Positions 19,115-27,142 of a DNA stretch of 32,000 nt are shown one piece after another. The notes under the pieces are model-generated. The model ran no database searches. It was not told the DNA's origin and saw nothing but the letters and a program-made list of their open reading frames with translations. Every line of letters begins with the position of its first letter. Position 1 is the first letter of the stretch. The translations under genes were made by a program, and so were the position numbers. The stretch is from contig ACYB01000035.1 in assembly GCA_000175855.1 (NCBI GenBank), forward strand, positions 450,001-482,000, in the 5' to 3' direction. The DNA is from Raphidiopsis brookii D9 (GTDB taxonomy: Bacteria > Cyanobacteriota > Cyanobacteriia > Cyanobacteriales > Nostocaceae).

Positions 19115-20761
19115 TTAGCCAGTGTAAATATGAGCTAGTCTTAATCGTCGAATCATTTCTCGGCGCACCTCATTTTTAACCCGTTCACCACGTCGCCAAT
19201 GTTCCAGCTGGATATTATCAACGTAGAACCTGACAGCAAATTCCATGGAAGAACCTTGAATATTGGTGATTTGGACTTGTGGTTCCTTCCAAGCGGTGGA
19301 AGACTCCTTAAAGCTAGATTCTAGCCATTCGGCAAAGTTTTCCACATAATTGTCCAATCGAGTTTCCTTAACTCCTGGATTAGAAATTATCTGAAATAGT
19401 TTAGTCAGTTTAAGTTTGAGCAAATCAATTTTCTGTTCCCATTCATCAGGTAAAATCTGACGGTCTTCCATAACTAAATCTGGATCTTCTAACCAAGTGC
19501 GATACCAGATTCTCACTAAAGAGATGAGGTTTCTCTTTTGGTTAGATTCCTCTTCTAACCTAGAGCGCTGTCGTTTACCCTTGCGCTCTGTTACAATTAC
19601 CATACCCACCAGTTCCAAAATATCCATGTAAGTTTTTTGGAGAACCATTAATTCCTGCGCATCTAAACCACCTCTTTCCAGAACCTTAATTTCTTCCAGC
19701 AGTGTTTCAAATGCAGCAGCAATCTTTTTCAACTGTAGGCTAATTTCTCTGTCTAATTCTATACGGTTCCGTCCGGCCTCTTTTTTAGAAGGTTTGTTGT
19801 CCTGGGCTTCCTTCAATCCATAAAATGAATCCAAGTATCTTAGTTTATCATCAAAATCGGCTATGGTGTCTGGATGTCCAATCACAATTTCCTTCAGGAT
19901 ATTGGTTGCTAAAGCAGAATCGGCATCAATTCTCACAGCTACGGGAATTTTATAAGCATAGTGGGTTGTAGGACGACTCAAATTAGTAATACTCTGATTG
20001 CTTAGAGTCGCATTTGGTACATACTTTTCGCAATGCTCTTCAATCAGGTACAATTTGGTAACTCGAATACCGATTTCCTTGATAATTGCCAGGGAACCAT
20101 CGAAAACAATCACATCTCCGAACTCAAAAGGTGTGTCAATTAGCAAGACCAAACCACTGAAAAAATTGCTTAAAATGTCCCTGACAGCTAAACCTAATAC
20201 CAGGGTAATACTACCCAGAGCTAATCCTATTCCCGATAGGTCTACACCTAGAACAGTAAAAAATAGGGAAAAGCCAATAATATAAGTCAGAACTGGGATG
20301 AAATTCTTCAAAAGGGGTACTAAAACATCATCCCAAACCGCTTCAGTTTGTCTGGCATAGGATTTCAAGTAGACAACCACCAATTCAGTGAGTATCTGAG
20401 TAATCCAATAGGTAAATGCGGCTATAAGAAAAGCTGTAGCAAATTTTTGGATCCACTCAATTATTTCCCCAGAACTGCTAAGATTAGCTAGGGAAATCTT
20501 GAGACTACACAATACCAAAACTACGGACAGGGGAGCTTGGGAAAGACCGAGGACGAGAATCCATGTATCTTTTTCCAACTTACGGACAATAGGTCGCAGG
20601 ACATAAAAAAGTCCTAGATAAATTGCCACGGAAATTCCCGCGCACAAACCCAAAGTCAAAATGAACTTAGTCGATTGTGCACCTGTTGGCGGGATGAAAA
20701 GTGCGCCTAATACATGGTTTGTCAGCGCAGAAACTGGTAACACTGATGAAATGTGAGTCAT
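19115..20761 (-). CDS. Mechanosensitive ion channel family protein (MscS-like) with a long cytoplasmic C-terminal region
   Basis: About 5 TM helices, then the MscS pore/beta-domain signature LSNFFSGLVLLIDTPFEFGDVIVFDG. 548 aa, with a charged coiled-coil-like insert. Confidence 0.8.
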   Translation of the reverse strand: MTHISSVLPVSALTNHVLGALFIPPTGAQSTKFILTLGLCAGISVAIYLGLFYVLRPIVRKLEKDTWILVLGLSQAPLSVVLVLCSLKISLANLSSSGEIIEWIQKFATAFLIAAFTYWITQILTELVVVYLKSYARQTEAVWDDVLVPLLKNFIPVLTYIIGFSLFFTVLGVDLSGIGLALGSITLVLGLAVRDILSNFFSGLVLLIDTPFEFGDVIVFDGSLAIIKEIGIRVTKLYLIEEHCEKYVPNATLSNQSITNLSRPTTHYAYKIPVAVRIDADSALATNILKEIVIGHPDTIADFDDKLRYLDSFYGLKEAQDNKPSKKEAGRNRIELDREISLQLKKIAAAFETLLEEIKVLERGGLDAQELMVLQKTYMDILELVGMVIVTERKGKRQRSRLEEESNQKRNLISLVRIWYRTWLEDPDLVMEDRQILPDEWEQKIDLLKLKLTKLFQIISNPGVKETRLDNYVENFAEWLESSFKESSTAWKEPQVQITNIQGSSMEFAVRFYVDNIQLEHWRRGERVKNEVRREMIRRLRLAHIYTG

Positions 20762-21014
20762 CCTTGATTATTTTGCTTGGTGAGTTTCATCTTAATATAT
20801 CTATATGTGTTTGCCTTGTGAGCAAGGTAAATGTAATCCCTAGGACCTATAATAGTATGATCATTCAAGAAAATATTGATCTGATCGAAAATTAAGACTT
20901 TCTAATTTTTTATTGACACTAAATGTGTGTTAACTGATACTAACATGTTGATTAAATTCCAAAGCTATCCAGTAATTTGGTTATTAAATCACAGTTATGC
21001 AAAAATATGCGCAG

Positions 21015-21045
21015 CACTTAATAACCACTTAATAACCACTTAATA
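21015..21045. repeat. 2.8 tandem copies of the 11-mer CACTTAATAAC
   Basis: Copies at 21015-21025 and 21026-21036, plus a 9-nt partial copy at 21037-21045. The array spans the stop codon (21029-21031) of the ABC ATPase gene. Confidence 0.9.
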
Positions 21046-21781
21046 GGTTGAAAATCAACCGTTTGTAATTTTGAAATTCCCAACTTTGCTTGATTTGGTC
21101 GTATTCCTTGTCTGGTAAAACAATATTAATTTCCTGACGAATTTTGCCAGGACGGGAAGTTAGTACGTAAACACGTTGGGACAGGAAAATTGCCTCCTCC
21201 ACATCGTGGGTAATCATCAAAATTGTGGTTCCAGTTTGTTGCCAAATCTGACGCAAAAATTTCTGCATTGATTCTTTGGTTTGCACATCCAAAGCTCCAA
21301 ATGGTTCATCCATTAATAGTATTTTGGGTTGTGATGCTAATGCGCGGGCAATGGCTACTCTTTGTTTCATTCCTCCTGATAACTGCCTAGGTAAAGCTTG
21401 AGCAAATTCAGTTAAACCAACCACTTCTAAATAGTAAGAAATCGATTGTTTGCGTTTAACAGGGTCAACACCCTGTAGCTTAAGTCCAAAACCGACGTTA
21501 TCAGCAACATTCATCCAGGGATAAAGGGTATAAGTTTGAAAGACTAAACCTCGTTCCTTCCCAGGTCCTTTAACAGGAAGACCATCAACCAAAATTTCAC
21601 CAGCAGTTGGCGTATCCAGTCCAGAAATTAAGCGCAGCAGAGTTGTTTTACCTGAACCAGAAGCACCTACAGCACAAACAAACTCTCCCTGCTCAATATG
21701 TAGGTTAATGTTTTCTAGAGCGTTGAGAGTACCACGTCTAGTTTTAAATTGCTTATGTAGTTCTGAGACCTGTAAATGCAT
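21029..21781 (-). CDS. ABC transporter ATP-binding protein, NitT/TauT (nitrate/sulfonate/bicarbonate) family; last gene of the putative guanidine operon
   Basis: Walker A GASGSGKTTLL, signature LSGGMKQRVAIARAL, Walker [13 protein letters not shown]. 250 aa with no extra C-terminal domain. Confidence 0.88.
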   Translation of the reverse strand: MHLQVSELHKQFKTRRGTLNALENINLHIEQGEFVCAVGASGSGKTTLLRLISGLDTPTAGEILVDGLPVKGPGKERGLVFQTYTLYPWMNVADNVGFGLKLQGVDPVKRKQSISYYLEVVGLTEFAQALPRQLSGGMKQRVAIARALASQPKILLMDEPFGALDVQTKESMQKFLRQIWQQTGTTILMITHDVEEAIFLSQRVYVLTSRPGKIRQEINIVLPDKEYDQIKQSWEFQNYKRLIFNLLSGY

Positions 21782-21820
21782 AAATTTAAACTTTAAAGAT
21801 GTAAACTAATTTTATTTATG

Positions 21821-22612
21821 CTAATTATGAGCCCATCTACAAACCATACGATGTAGCATAACTAACAAAATGTCAATAACCACACCAATCAGACCAATGA
21901 CAATCAACCCAGCAAAAATCTCATCTGTTTTGAGGAATCTTTGAGCTACACTAATGCGTCTACCCAGTCCCTCGGTTGCAGCTACCAACTCTGCTACAAT
22001 CACTAAGTTCCAAGAAGCTGCCATATTAACTCGACAAGCATCAATGATATTCGGCACAATAAAAGGCAAAATCACTTGCAATATAATTTGATGGTTTTTA
22101 CCACCTAATGTATAAGAAGTCTCAATCAATTCTCGAGAAACAAACTTTACCGCATCCATAATCATCAGAGTATTAAAGAACACTGTACCAATAAATATCA
22201 ACAGTATTTTTGGTGTTTCTCCTAAACCGAAATACAAAATCAGCAGGGGAATAAAAGCGGGCGCAGGCATGTAGCGAAAAATACTAATAGCAGGCTCGAA
22301 TAAAGCTCGAACTACTGGAAAACTACCCATCAATACGCCCAAAGGAATAGAGATAACAGCAGCTAATAAAAACCCACCTAAAACCCGTAATAAACTAAAT
22401 CCAATATCTGTTTGCAGGTTACCGGTTGCCCACAGTTTTTGTAAAGCAGTAAGAACTGCTTGAGGGGTTGGCAAAAACAATGGTTTAACTAAACCAGAGT
22501 TGGAGACTACCAACCAAATAAAAACCGGAATAGTGATTGATAAAATCATGAACAACCAAGTTGAATTATCACCAATACCCCAGGAAACGGCGGGAGAATT
22601 ATTTTTTCTCAT
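21821..22612 (-). CDS. ABC transporter permease, NitT/TauT family
   Basis: 263 aa with about 6 TM helices and an EAA-like loop (ETSYTLGGKNHQIILQVILP), typical of BPD-type permeases in this family. Confidence 0.88.
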   Translation of the reverse strand: MRKNNSPAVSWGIGDNSTWLFMILSITIPVFIWLVVSNSGLVKPLFLPTPQAVLTALQKLWATGNLQTDIGFSLLRVLGGFLLAAVISIPLGVLMGSFPVVRALFEPAISIFRYMPAPAFIPLLILYFGLGETPKILLIFIGTVFFNTLMIMDAVKFVSRELIETSYTLGGKNHQIILQVILPFIVPNIIDACRVNMAASWNLVIVAELVAATEGLGRRISVAQRFLKTDEIFAGLIVIGLIGVVIDILLVMLHRMVCRWAHN

Positions 22613-22669
22613 TAATCCTTTGATTGTTTATGAGTTTTATGAGTTTTTGGTATACTAGATATATCCCAC

Positions 22670-23665
22670 CTATTTTTGCTTGGCAGCGTAGGCTTTAACA
22701 AAACGATCATCAAATATTTGACTAAGGTCAGGCACCTTTTTGGCAAGTTTTGCATCAACGAGAAATTTAGCAATTTCCTGAGCTGTATATTTCAATGACC
22801 CTATATTGCTATTAGAACTAAAAGCTTGCAGATTATCCTCAACACTAAAAATTTTAGTTCCTTCAGCATATTTTTTGTATTCATCAACCGTGACTCCAGC
22901 TCTTTTTGCCATGATTTCATTGCTTTTTTCTGGGTTAGCTTTAATGTAGTCTAGTGTCTCAAACCAACTATCAACTAGAGCTTGCACATCTTGAGGACGT
23001 TCTTTAATTAATTGGCGGTTCACTACCAGATGATCGGGAATGGCTCCAGGAAAATCTCGCGAACTGAACAATTCTTTACTACCAGGAAGTTCTAAAGCTT
23101 TAGTAGTAAAGGGTGCAAACACACCGACAGCATCAACCTGACCAGCAACAAATGCTGCGGATGCTGCACCAGTTTCCAAGGGTTGCAAAATAATATCATT
23201 TGAAGTCAATCCAGCCTTTTTCATACCCAGAAGTAATAAGAAATGGTCAACTGTTCCCTCTTCCACTGCTACTTTTTTTCCCTTCAAATCCGCAATGGTG
23301 TTAATACCTTCTCGGACGATAATCTTATCATTGCCAGTGGAATTATCGTTTACTAAAACAATAACTTGATCCGATCCTGCTGCTACGGAGCTAATAGTAT
23401 CATTGAGGGTTTGGCTATTGGCATCCAATTTCCCAGAATTTAAGGCATTAATTGAGTCTAAATAACCATCAAACCACTTGAGATTCACCTGTATATTATT
23501 GGCAGTAAATAGGTTTTCGTTTGCAGCTATTTGCCATGGTATCCATCCAGGCCATACACTAAAACCTACCTGGATCTCTCTACTATCTCCACCATAAGGT
23601 GTACAACTAATTGCCAGCAATAAACTGAATACAAATAGTGTGCATAGGGAAAGTAATTTTCGCAT
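22670..23665 (-). CDS. ABC transporter periplasmic substrate-binding lipoprotein (NMT1/TauA-like)
   Basis: Signal peptide with a lipobox (LLLAISC) and an NMT1/THI5-like binding-protein fold sequence (GFSVWPGW.PW, DAVGVFAPF). Its start codon directly abuts the hypB-like stop with 0-nt spacing. Confidence 0.85.
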   Translation of the reverse strand: MRKLLSLCTLFVFSLLLAISCTPYGGDSREIQVGFSVWPGWIPWQIAANENLFTANNIQVNLKWFDGYLDSINALNSGKLDANSQTLNDTISSVAAGSDQVIVLVNDNSTGNDKIIVREGINTIADLKGKKVAVEEGTVDHFLLLLGMKKAGLTSNDIILQPLETGAASAAFVAGQVDAVGVFAPFTTKALELPGSKELFSSRDFPGAIPDHLVVNRQLIKERPQDVQALVDSWFETLDYIKANPEKSNEIMAKRAGVTVDEYKKYAEGTKIFSVEDNLQAFSSNSNIGSLKYTAQEIAKFLVDAKLAKKVPDLSQIFDDRFVKAYAAKQK

Positions 23666-24367
23666 TTACTTAGTACCTTTTATATCTAAATGGTAATTTG
23701 ACTTAACCTGGGTTTTCACCCAATCACACCAAGTATCCAGTCCCTCATCAGTTTTCGCTGAGAAAGGAATAATTTTGACCCCCGGATTCATCTGTTGGAC
23801 ATTGGTCACAATCTGATTAATATCAGTGTTTAAATAGGGCGCTAAATCTATCTTGGTAATTAACAAACAGTCTGCTGCTTGAAACATAATTGGATACTTA
23901 AGAGGTTTATCTTCTCCCTCTGTGATGCTTAATAAAGCAACTTTAAAGTGTTCACCAACTTCAAATTCAGCTGGACATACTAAATTGCCAACATTTTCCA
24001 CCAAGACCAAATCTAGTTCAGTTGGATTATGTTTGTTTTCTAGTTGATGAATTCCACCAGCTACCATTTGGGAATCTAAGTGACAAGAACGACCTGTATT
24101 AATTGCAATTACCGGAACACCATATTGACGTAAGCGGTTGGCATCTAGTTCTGTGTTCATATCTCCTTCAATCACTGCAATTTTCAACTCACTTGTCAAA
24201 ACAGATAAGCTTCTTTCCAATAGACTGGTTTTACCTGCTCCCGGACTGCTCATAATATTTAGACAGGTGATACCCCAACTGTTGAAGTGGGAACGATTGT
24301 GATCTGCTCCTTCTTGGTTAGCATGAAGTAAATTAATTTCCAATGCAGCACTATAGGTTTGGTGCAT
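23666..24367 (-). CDS. hypB: HypB-family nickel-binding GTPase. In this context it is probably the guanidine hydrolase accessory protein (GhaB-like), not a hydrogenase factor
   Basis: P-loop [12 protein letters not shown], the CH metal motif (GRSCHLD) and [12 protein letters not shown], 233 aa. No hydrogenase structural genes are in the window. Confidence 0.88.
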   Translation of the reverse strand: MHQTYSAALEINLLHANQEGADHNRSHFNSWGITCLNIMSSPGAGKTSLLERSLSVLTSELKIAVIEGDMNTELDANRLRQYGVPVIAINTGRSCHLDSQMVAGGIHQLENKHNPTELDLVLVENVGNLVCPAEFEVGEHFKVALLSITEGEDKPLKYPIMFQAADCLLITKIDLAPYLNTDINQIVTNVQQMNPGVKIIPFSAKTDEGLDTWCDWVKTQVKSNYHLDIKGTK

Positions 24368-24375
24368 AATCCTCT

Positions 24376-24732
24376 CTACTCTTTTAAACTATATTCAATC
24401 CGCTCTATTTTCAGTTCCCTACCCGAACGAATATCCTCCATGGGATGACAACAGCGCGGACAGCTATATTGCTGACCAATTTCCGGAAGGTACTCTAATT
24501 GACAGGGATGACAAAAGGCAATTAAGGGAATTTCCTTGATTACTAATTTTACTCCATCCAAAAATGTGTTACGTGTTTGTACTTGAAAGGTAAATTGCAA
24601 ACTTGCAGGTTCCACACAGGTGAACTTACCAATCATCAAATGAATTGCGGAAATACGCGGACAACCAGGCTGGGATTCCCACCATTGTTTAATAGTGATA
24701 ATTAATGCCTTGGTCATGTCAGTTTCATGCAA
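24376..24732 (-). CDS. hypA: HypA-family nickel metallochaperone (GhaA-like in this context)
   Basis: N-terminal MHE nickel-binding motif, and a zinc site of CHPC...CPRC (two CxxC). 118 aa. Confidence 0.88.
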   Translation of the reverse strand: MHETDMTKALIITIKQWWESQPGCPRISAIHLMIGKFTCVEPASLQFTFQVQTRNTFLDGVKLVIKEIPLIAFCHPCQLEYLPEIGQQYSCPRCCHPMEDIRSGRELKIERIEYSLKE

Positions 24733-24735
24733 GGT

Positions 24736-25914
24736 TTAACTCCAATCCACTATTGATTCTTGTCGTGTTTCCATTTCGATATAAGCAGGTTTATCTTTTC
24801 GTGGTAATTGACCAGATTTAATTAAATGTCCCATAGTGTCGCAAATAACACGAGTGGCCATAAGTGAAGTAATGTCACTAATGTCGTAAGGAGGCGACAC
24901 TTCTACTACTTCCAGTCCACAAATTGGGGCACGCTGAACAATTTTACTTAGAATGTAAAGTGCTTCCCGAGGCATAAAACCACCTGGTTCTGGCCAACCG
25001 GTTCCCGGAACAAATCCAGCATCAATACAGTCAATATCGAAACTGATATAAACACAATCTGTACCATCTAATGCTCTTTCTAGGGCAAATTCCACCGCAT
25101 AATCCAGTCCCTTTTCAACAATGTCAGTGATTGTGAGAATATTAGTAGACCGTTGGCGACAAATTTTTACCCCCTGGCGTGGTACTTGCCATCCACCAAT
25201 TCCCAACTGCACCAGATTTTGGGCAGGGGCATTTTTTATGTTGGTGGCATGGAACCATGGACAAGTGTGCATTCTTTCGTCTAGATCCGTTTCTTGTGTA
25301 TCCACATGGCGATCAAAATGAATAATACCCATTTTTTTATCTCCCAAATGTCGGCAAATACCCCTGACAGTTGGGTAGCCAATAGAGTGATCACCACCCA
25401 TAATAATGGGAAACGCACCGGAACTAAAAATGTGGGCAATTCCTTTAGAAATCTGGTCAAATGACTTCTCGTTATTAGCAGGGATGGTAAAAATATCCCC
25501 TACATCACATAGGGTAATTTGTTCTCTTAGATCTACGCCCAATTCAAAGTTATAGGGGGTATATAAAGCGGAAATTCGACGGATTCCTTGGGGTCCAAAT
25601 CTGGTTCCAGGACGGTAAGTGGTTCCAGAATCATGGGGAACTCCCACAATAGCTACGTCATATTCTCCTACTTTCCAGATATCTTCTAAATAGGGAGCCT
25701 TCAAAAAAGTATTAATTCCAGCGTAGTGAGGTAGTTCACCACGAGCAAATGTGGAAATTGTCCGATCATTAATGCTTGCTGCTGCTTCTAGTCCCAACTC
25801 TAAACTGCGAGAAACTTCTTGCTGCCAACCAGTTAATGGTAGTTGTCTTTCTAGTTCTAAGGCTTGTTGCGCTTCACTGTCGGGTCTATTCGGTTGAAAT
25901 TCGTTCATACTCAT
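24736..25914 (-). CDS. gdmH: Arginase/agmatinase-fold ureohydrolase; predicted Ni-dependent guanidine hydrolase (GdmH, Sll1077-like)
   Basis: Ureohydrolase motifs GGDHSIGYP, HFDRHVD and SFDIDCIDAGFVPGTG. At 392 aa it carries an N-terminal extension of roughly 80 aa over typical SpeB. It is the first gene behind a guanidine-I riboswitch and is followed within 3 nt by hypA-like and then hypB-like genes. An AAGGA Shine-Dalgarno sequence lies 11 nt upstream of the ATG. Confidence 0.8.
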   Translation of the reverse strand: MSMNEFQPNRPDSEAQQALELERQLPLTGWQQEVSRSLELGLEAAASINDRTISTFARGELPHYAGINTFLKAPYLEDIWKVGEYDVAIVGVPHDSGTTYRPGTRFGPQGIRRISALYTPYNFELGVDLREQITLCDVGDIFTIPANNEKSFDQISKGIAHIFSSGAFPIIMGGDHSIGYPTVRGICRHLGDKKMGIIHFDRHVDTQETDLDERMHTCPWFHATNIKNAPAQNLVQLGIGGWQVPRQGVKICRQRSTNILTITDIVEKGLDYAVEFALERALDGTDCVYISFDIDCIDAGFVPGTGWPEPGGFMPREALYILSKIVQRAPICGLEVVEVSPPYDISDITSLMATRVICDTMGHLIKSGQLPRKDKPAYIEMETRQESIVDWS

Positions 25915-25988
25915 AACATAATATCCTTAGATTGAGGATTTTGGATTTTAATTCCTAGACCCAGAATTTCCATTGGGATTGGATGTGG

Positions 25989-26052
25989 TTTAAAACCACA
26001 AAGCCCAGGAGAGCAAATACAGTGCCATGACTGCTATTTACTTCTCCCGGGC
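25989..26052 (-). terminator. Riboswitch expression platform: an intrinsic terminator whose 5' arm is the 3' conserved segment of the aptamer
   Basis: On the minus strand, GCCCGGGAGA (26052 to 26043) pairs with UCUCCUGGGC (26012 to 26003) with one G-U pair. UUUGUGGUUUUAAA follows (26002 to 25989). The overlap with the aptamer implies that ligand binding prevents termination (an ON switch). Confidence 0.6.
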
Positions 26053-26150
26053 TTTTTTCCCTCCGTGTAGTTACTCTCTAATACTAGAAAATAACTTGCC
26101 TCTCTCGGACCTGCATTTTGTTTGGTAATTAAAAACCGGAACCCTAGAGG
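26041..26150 (-). promoter_or_regulatory. Guanidine-I riboswitch aptamer (ykkC class)
   Basis: The minus strand reads CUAGGGUUCCGG (26147-26136), then GGUCCGAGAG (26111-26102), then ACACGGAGGGAAAAAAGCCCGGGAGAAG (26068-26041). These are the three conserved blocks of the ykkC/guanidine-I consensus in the right order and spacing, about 125 nt upstream of the first gene. Confidence 0.85.
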
Positions 26151-26305
26151 CTATTTGTTGATTTTTCCCACCTAACAATCTAGTTTAAAATACTAGGTGC
26201 AGGATAAATTGGTTGATGAATTCGTTATACATTTAACTGGGATAATAACATGTTAATGGTAATAAACTGTATATAAAACTACAAAATTCTCAAGAATGTT
26301 TATAC

Positions 26306-27043
26306 ATGGAAACAGAAAAGTCAGCTTTAGAGAAAATCAAGGTCATTTTAGTTGAACCTGCGGGATGTCTAAATTTGGGTTCTATAGCCAGGGTAATGAA
26401 AAACTTCGGGTTATGTGATTTAATTCTAGTCAATCCCCAGTGTGACCCTACTTCCTTAGAATCCCTAAGAATGGCAGTTCATGCTCCAGAAATATTAGAA
26501 ACCGCCCGAATAGTAGATAATTTAACCACAGCACTAGCTGGATGCGATCGCGCTATTGCTACTATAGGTAGGGATTATAATGGGGAGTTACCTATAGAAA
26601 GTCCTCGTCATGCTTTACCCTGGTTATTAGGAGAGTCGGAAAAACCAGGAGGTTTGATTTTTGGTAGGGAGGACCGGGGTTTAACTAATCAGGAAATTAA
26701 TTATGCCCAAAAACTAGTGTTTATACCCACCAGTCCGGAATATATCTCTTTAAATTTGGCTACAGCAGTATCTATCTGTTGTTATGAATTATCACAATCT
26801 CTGATGACAATGGAAACGGGGAAAATGCCCACCAGAAATATTGCTACCTTGGATATGCTTGAATCTTACTACCAAGAGTTAGAATCTTTACTGCTCTCTA
26901 TCGGTTATCTCTATCCCCACACAGCATCTAGTCGGATGGAAAAGTTCCGCCATTTGTACAATCGCAGTGAACTAACAACCACGGAAGTAGCTATGCTCAG
27001 GGGTATTTTAAAACAGGTACAATGGGCAATTAAAAATTTTTGA
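26306..27043 (+). CDS. SpoU/TrmH-family RNA 2'-O-methyltransferase, TrmJ/LasT-like (group 1)
   Basis: N-terminal IKVILVEPAGCLNLGSIARVMKNFGL, then LIFGREDRGLTNQE and SLNLATAV motifs of SPOUT methyltransferases. 245 aa. Confidence 0.8.
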   Translation: METEKSALEKIKVILVEPAGCLNLGSIARVMKNFGLCDLILVNPQCDPTSLESLRMAVHAPEILETARIVDNLTTALAGCDRAIATIGRDYNGELPIESPRHALPWLLGESEKPGGLIFGREDRGLTNQEINYAQKLVFIPTSPEYISLNLATAVSICCYELSQSLMTMETGKMPTRNIATLDMLESYYQELESLLLSIGYLYPHTASSRMEKFRHLYNRSELTTTEVAMLRGILKQVQWAIKNF

Positions 27044-27142
27044 TAAAATGTTACATGTTCGGAAATGAGGATCTAAAATAGGGGGACTATAATAAATCTG
27101 GTTTGTATTCAGTAAACACCTGGGCAATTTTAAGGAGCAGCA

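Noticed and set aside
23666-24732. HypA/HypB as evidence for a hydrogenase maturation locus
   Set aside because: No hydrogenase structural genes or other hyp genes are in the window, and the pair is embedded in the riboswitch-controlled ureohydrolase/ABC operon.
24736-25914. Reading the 392-aa ureohydrolase as agmatinase SpeB (polyamine synthesis)
   Set aside because: It sits behind a guanidine-I riboswitch and is coupled to HypA/HypB nickel chaperones. It is also about 80 aa longer than typical SpeB. This context fits the Ni-dependent guanidine hydrolase type better. Biochemistry would still be needed to settle it.
26259-26272. NtcA-like site GTA-N8-TAT between trmJ and the riboswitch
   Set aside because: It is an imperfect match (TAT instead of TAC). 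Spacing to any -10-like hexamer on either strand (for example TATTAT at 26247-26242, only 11 nt away) does not fit NtcA-activated promoter geometry.
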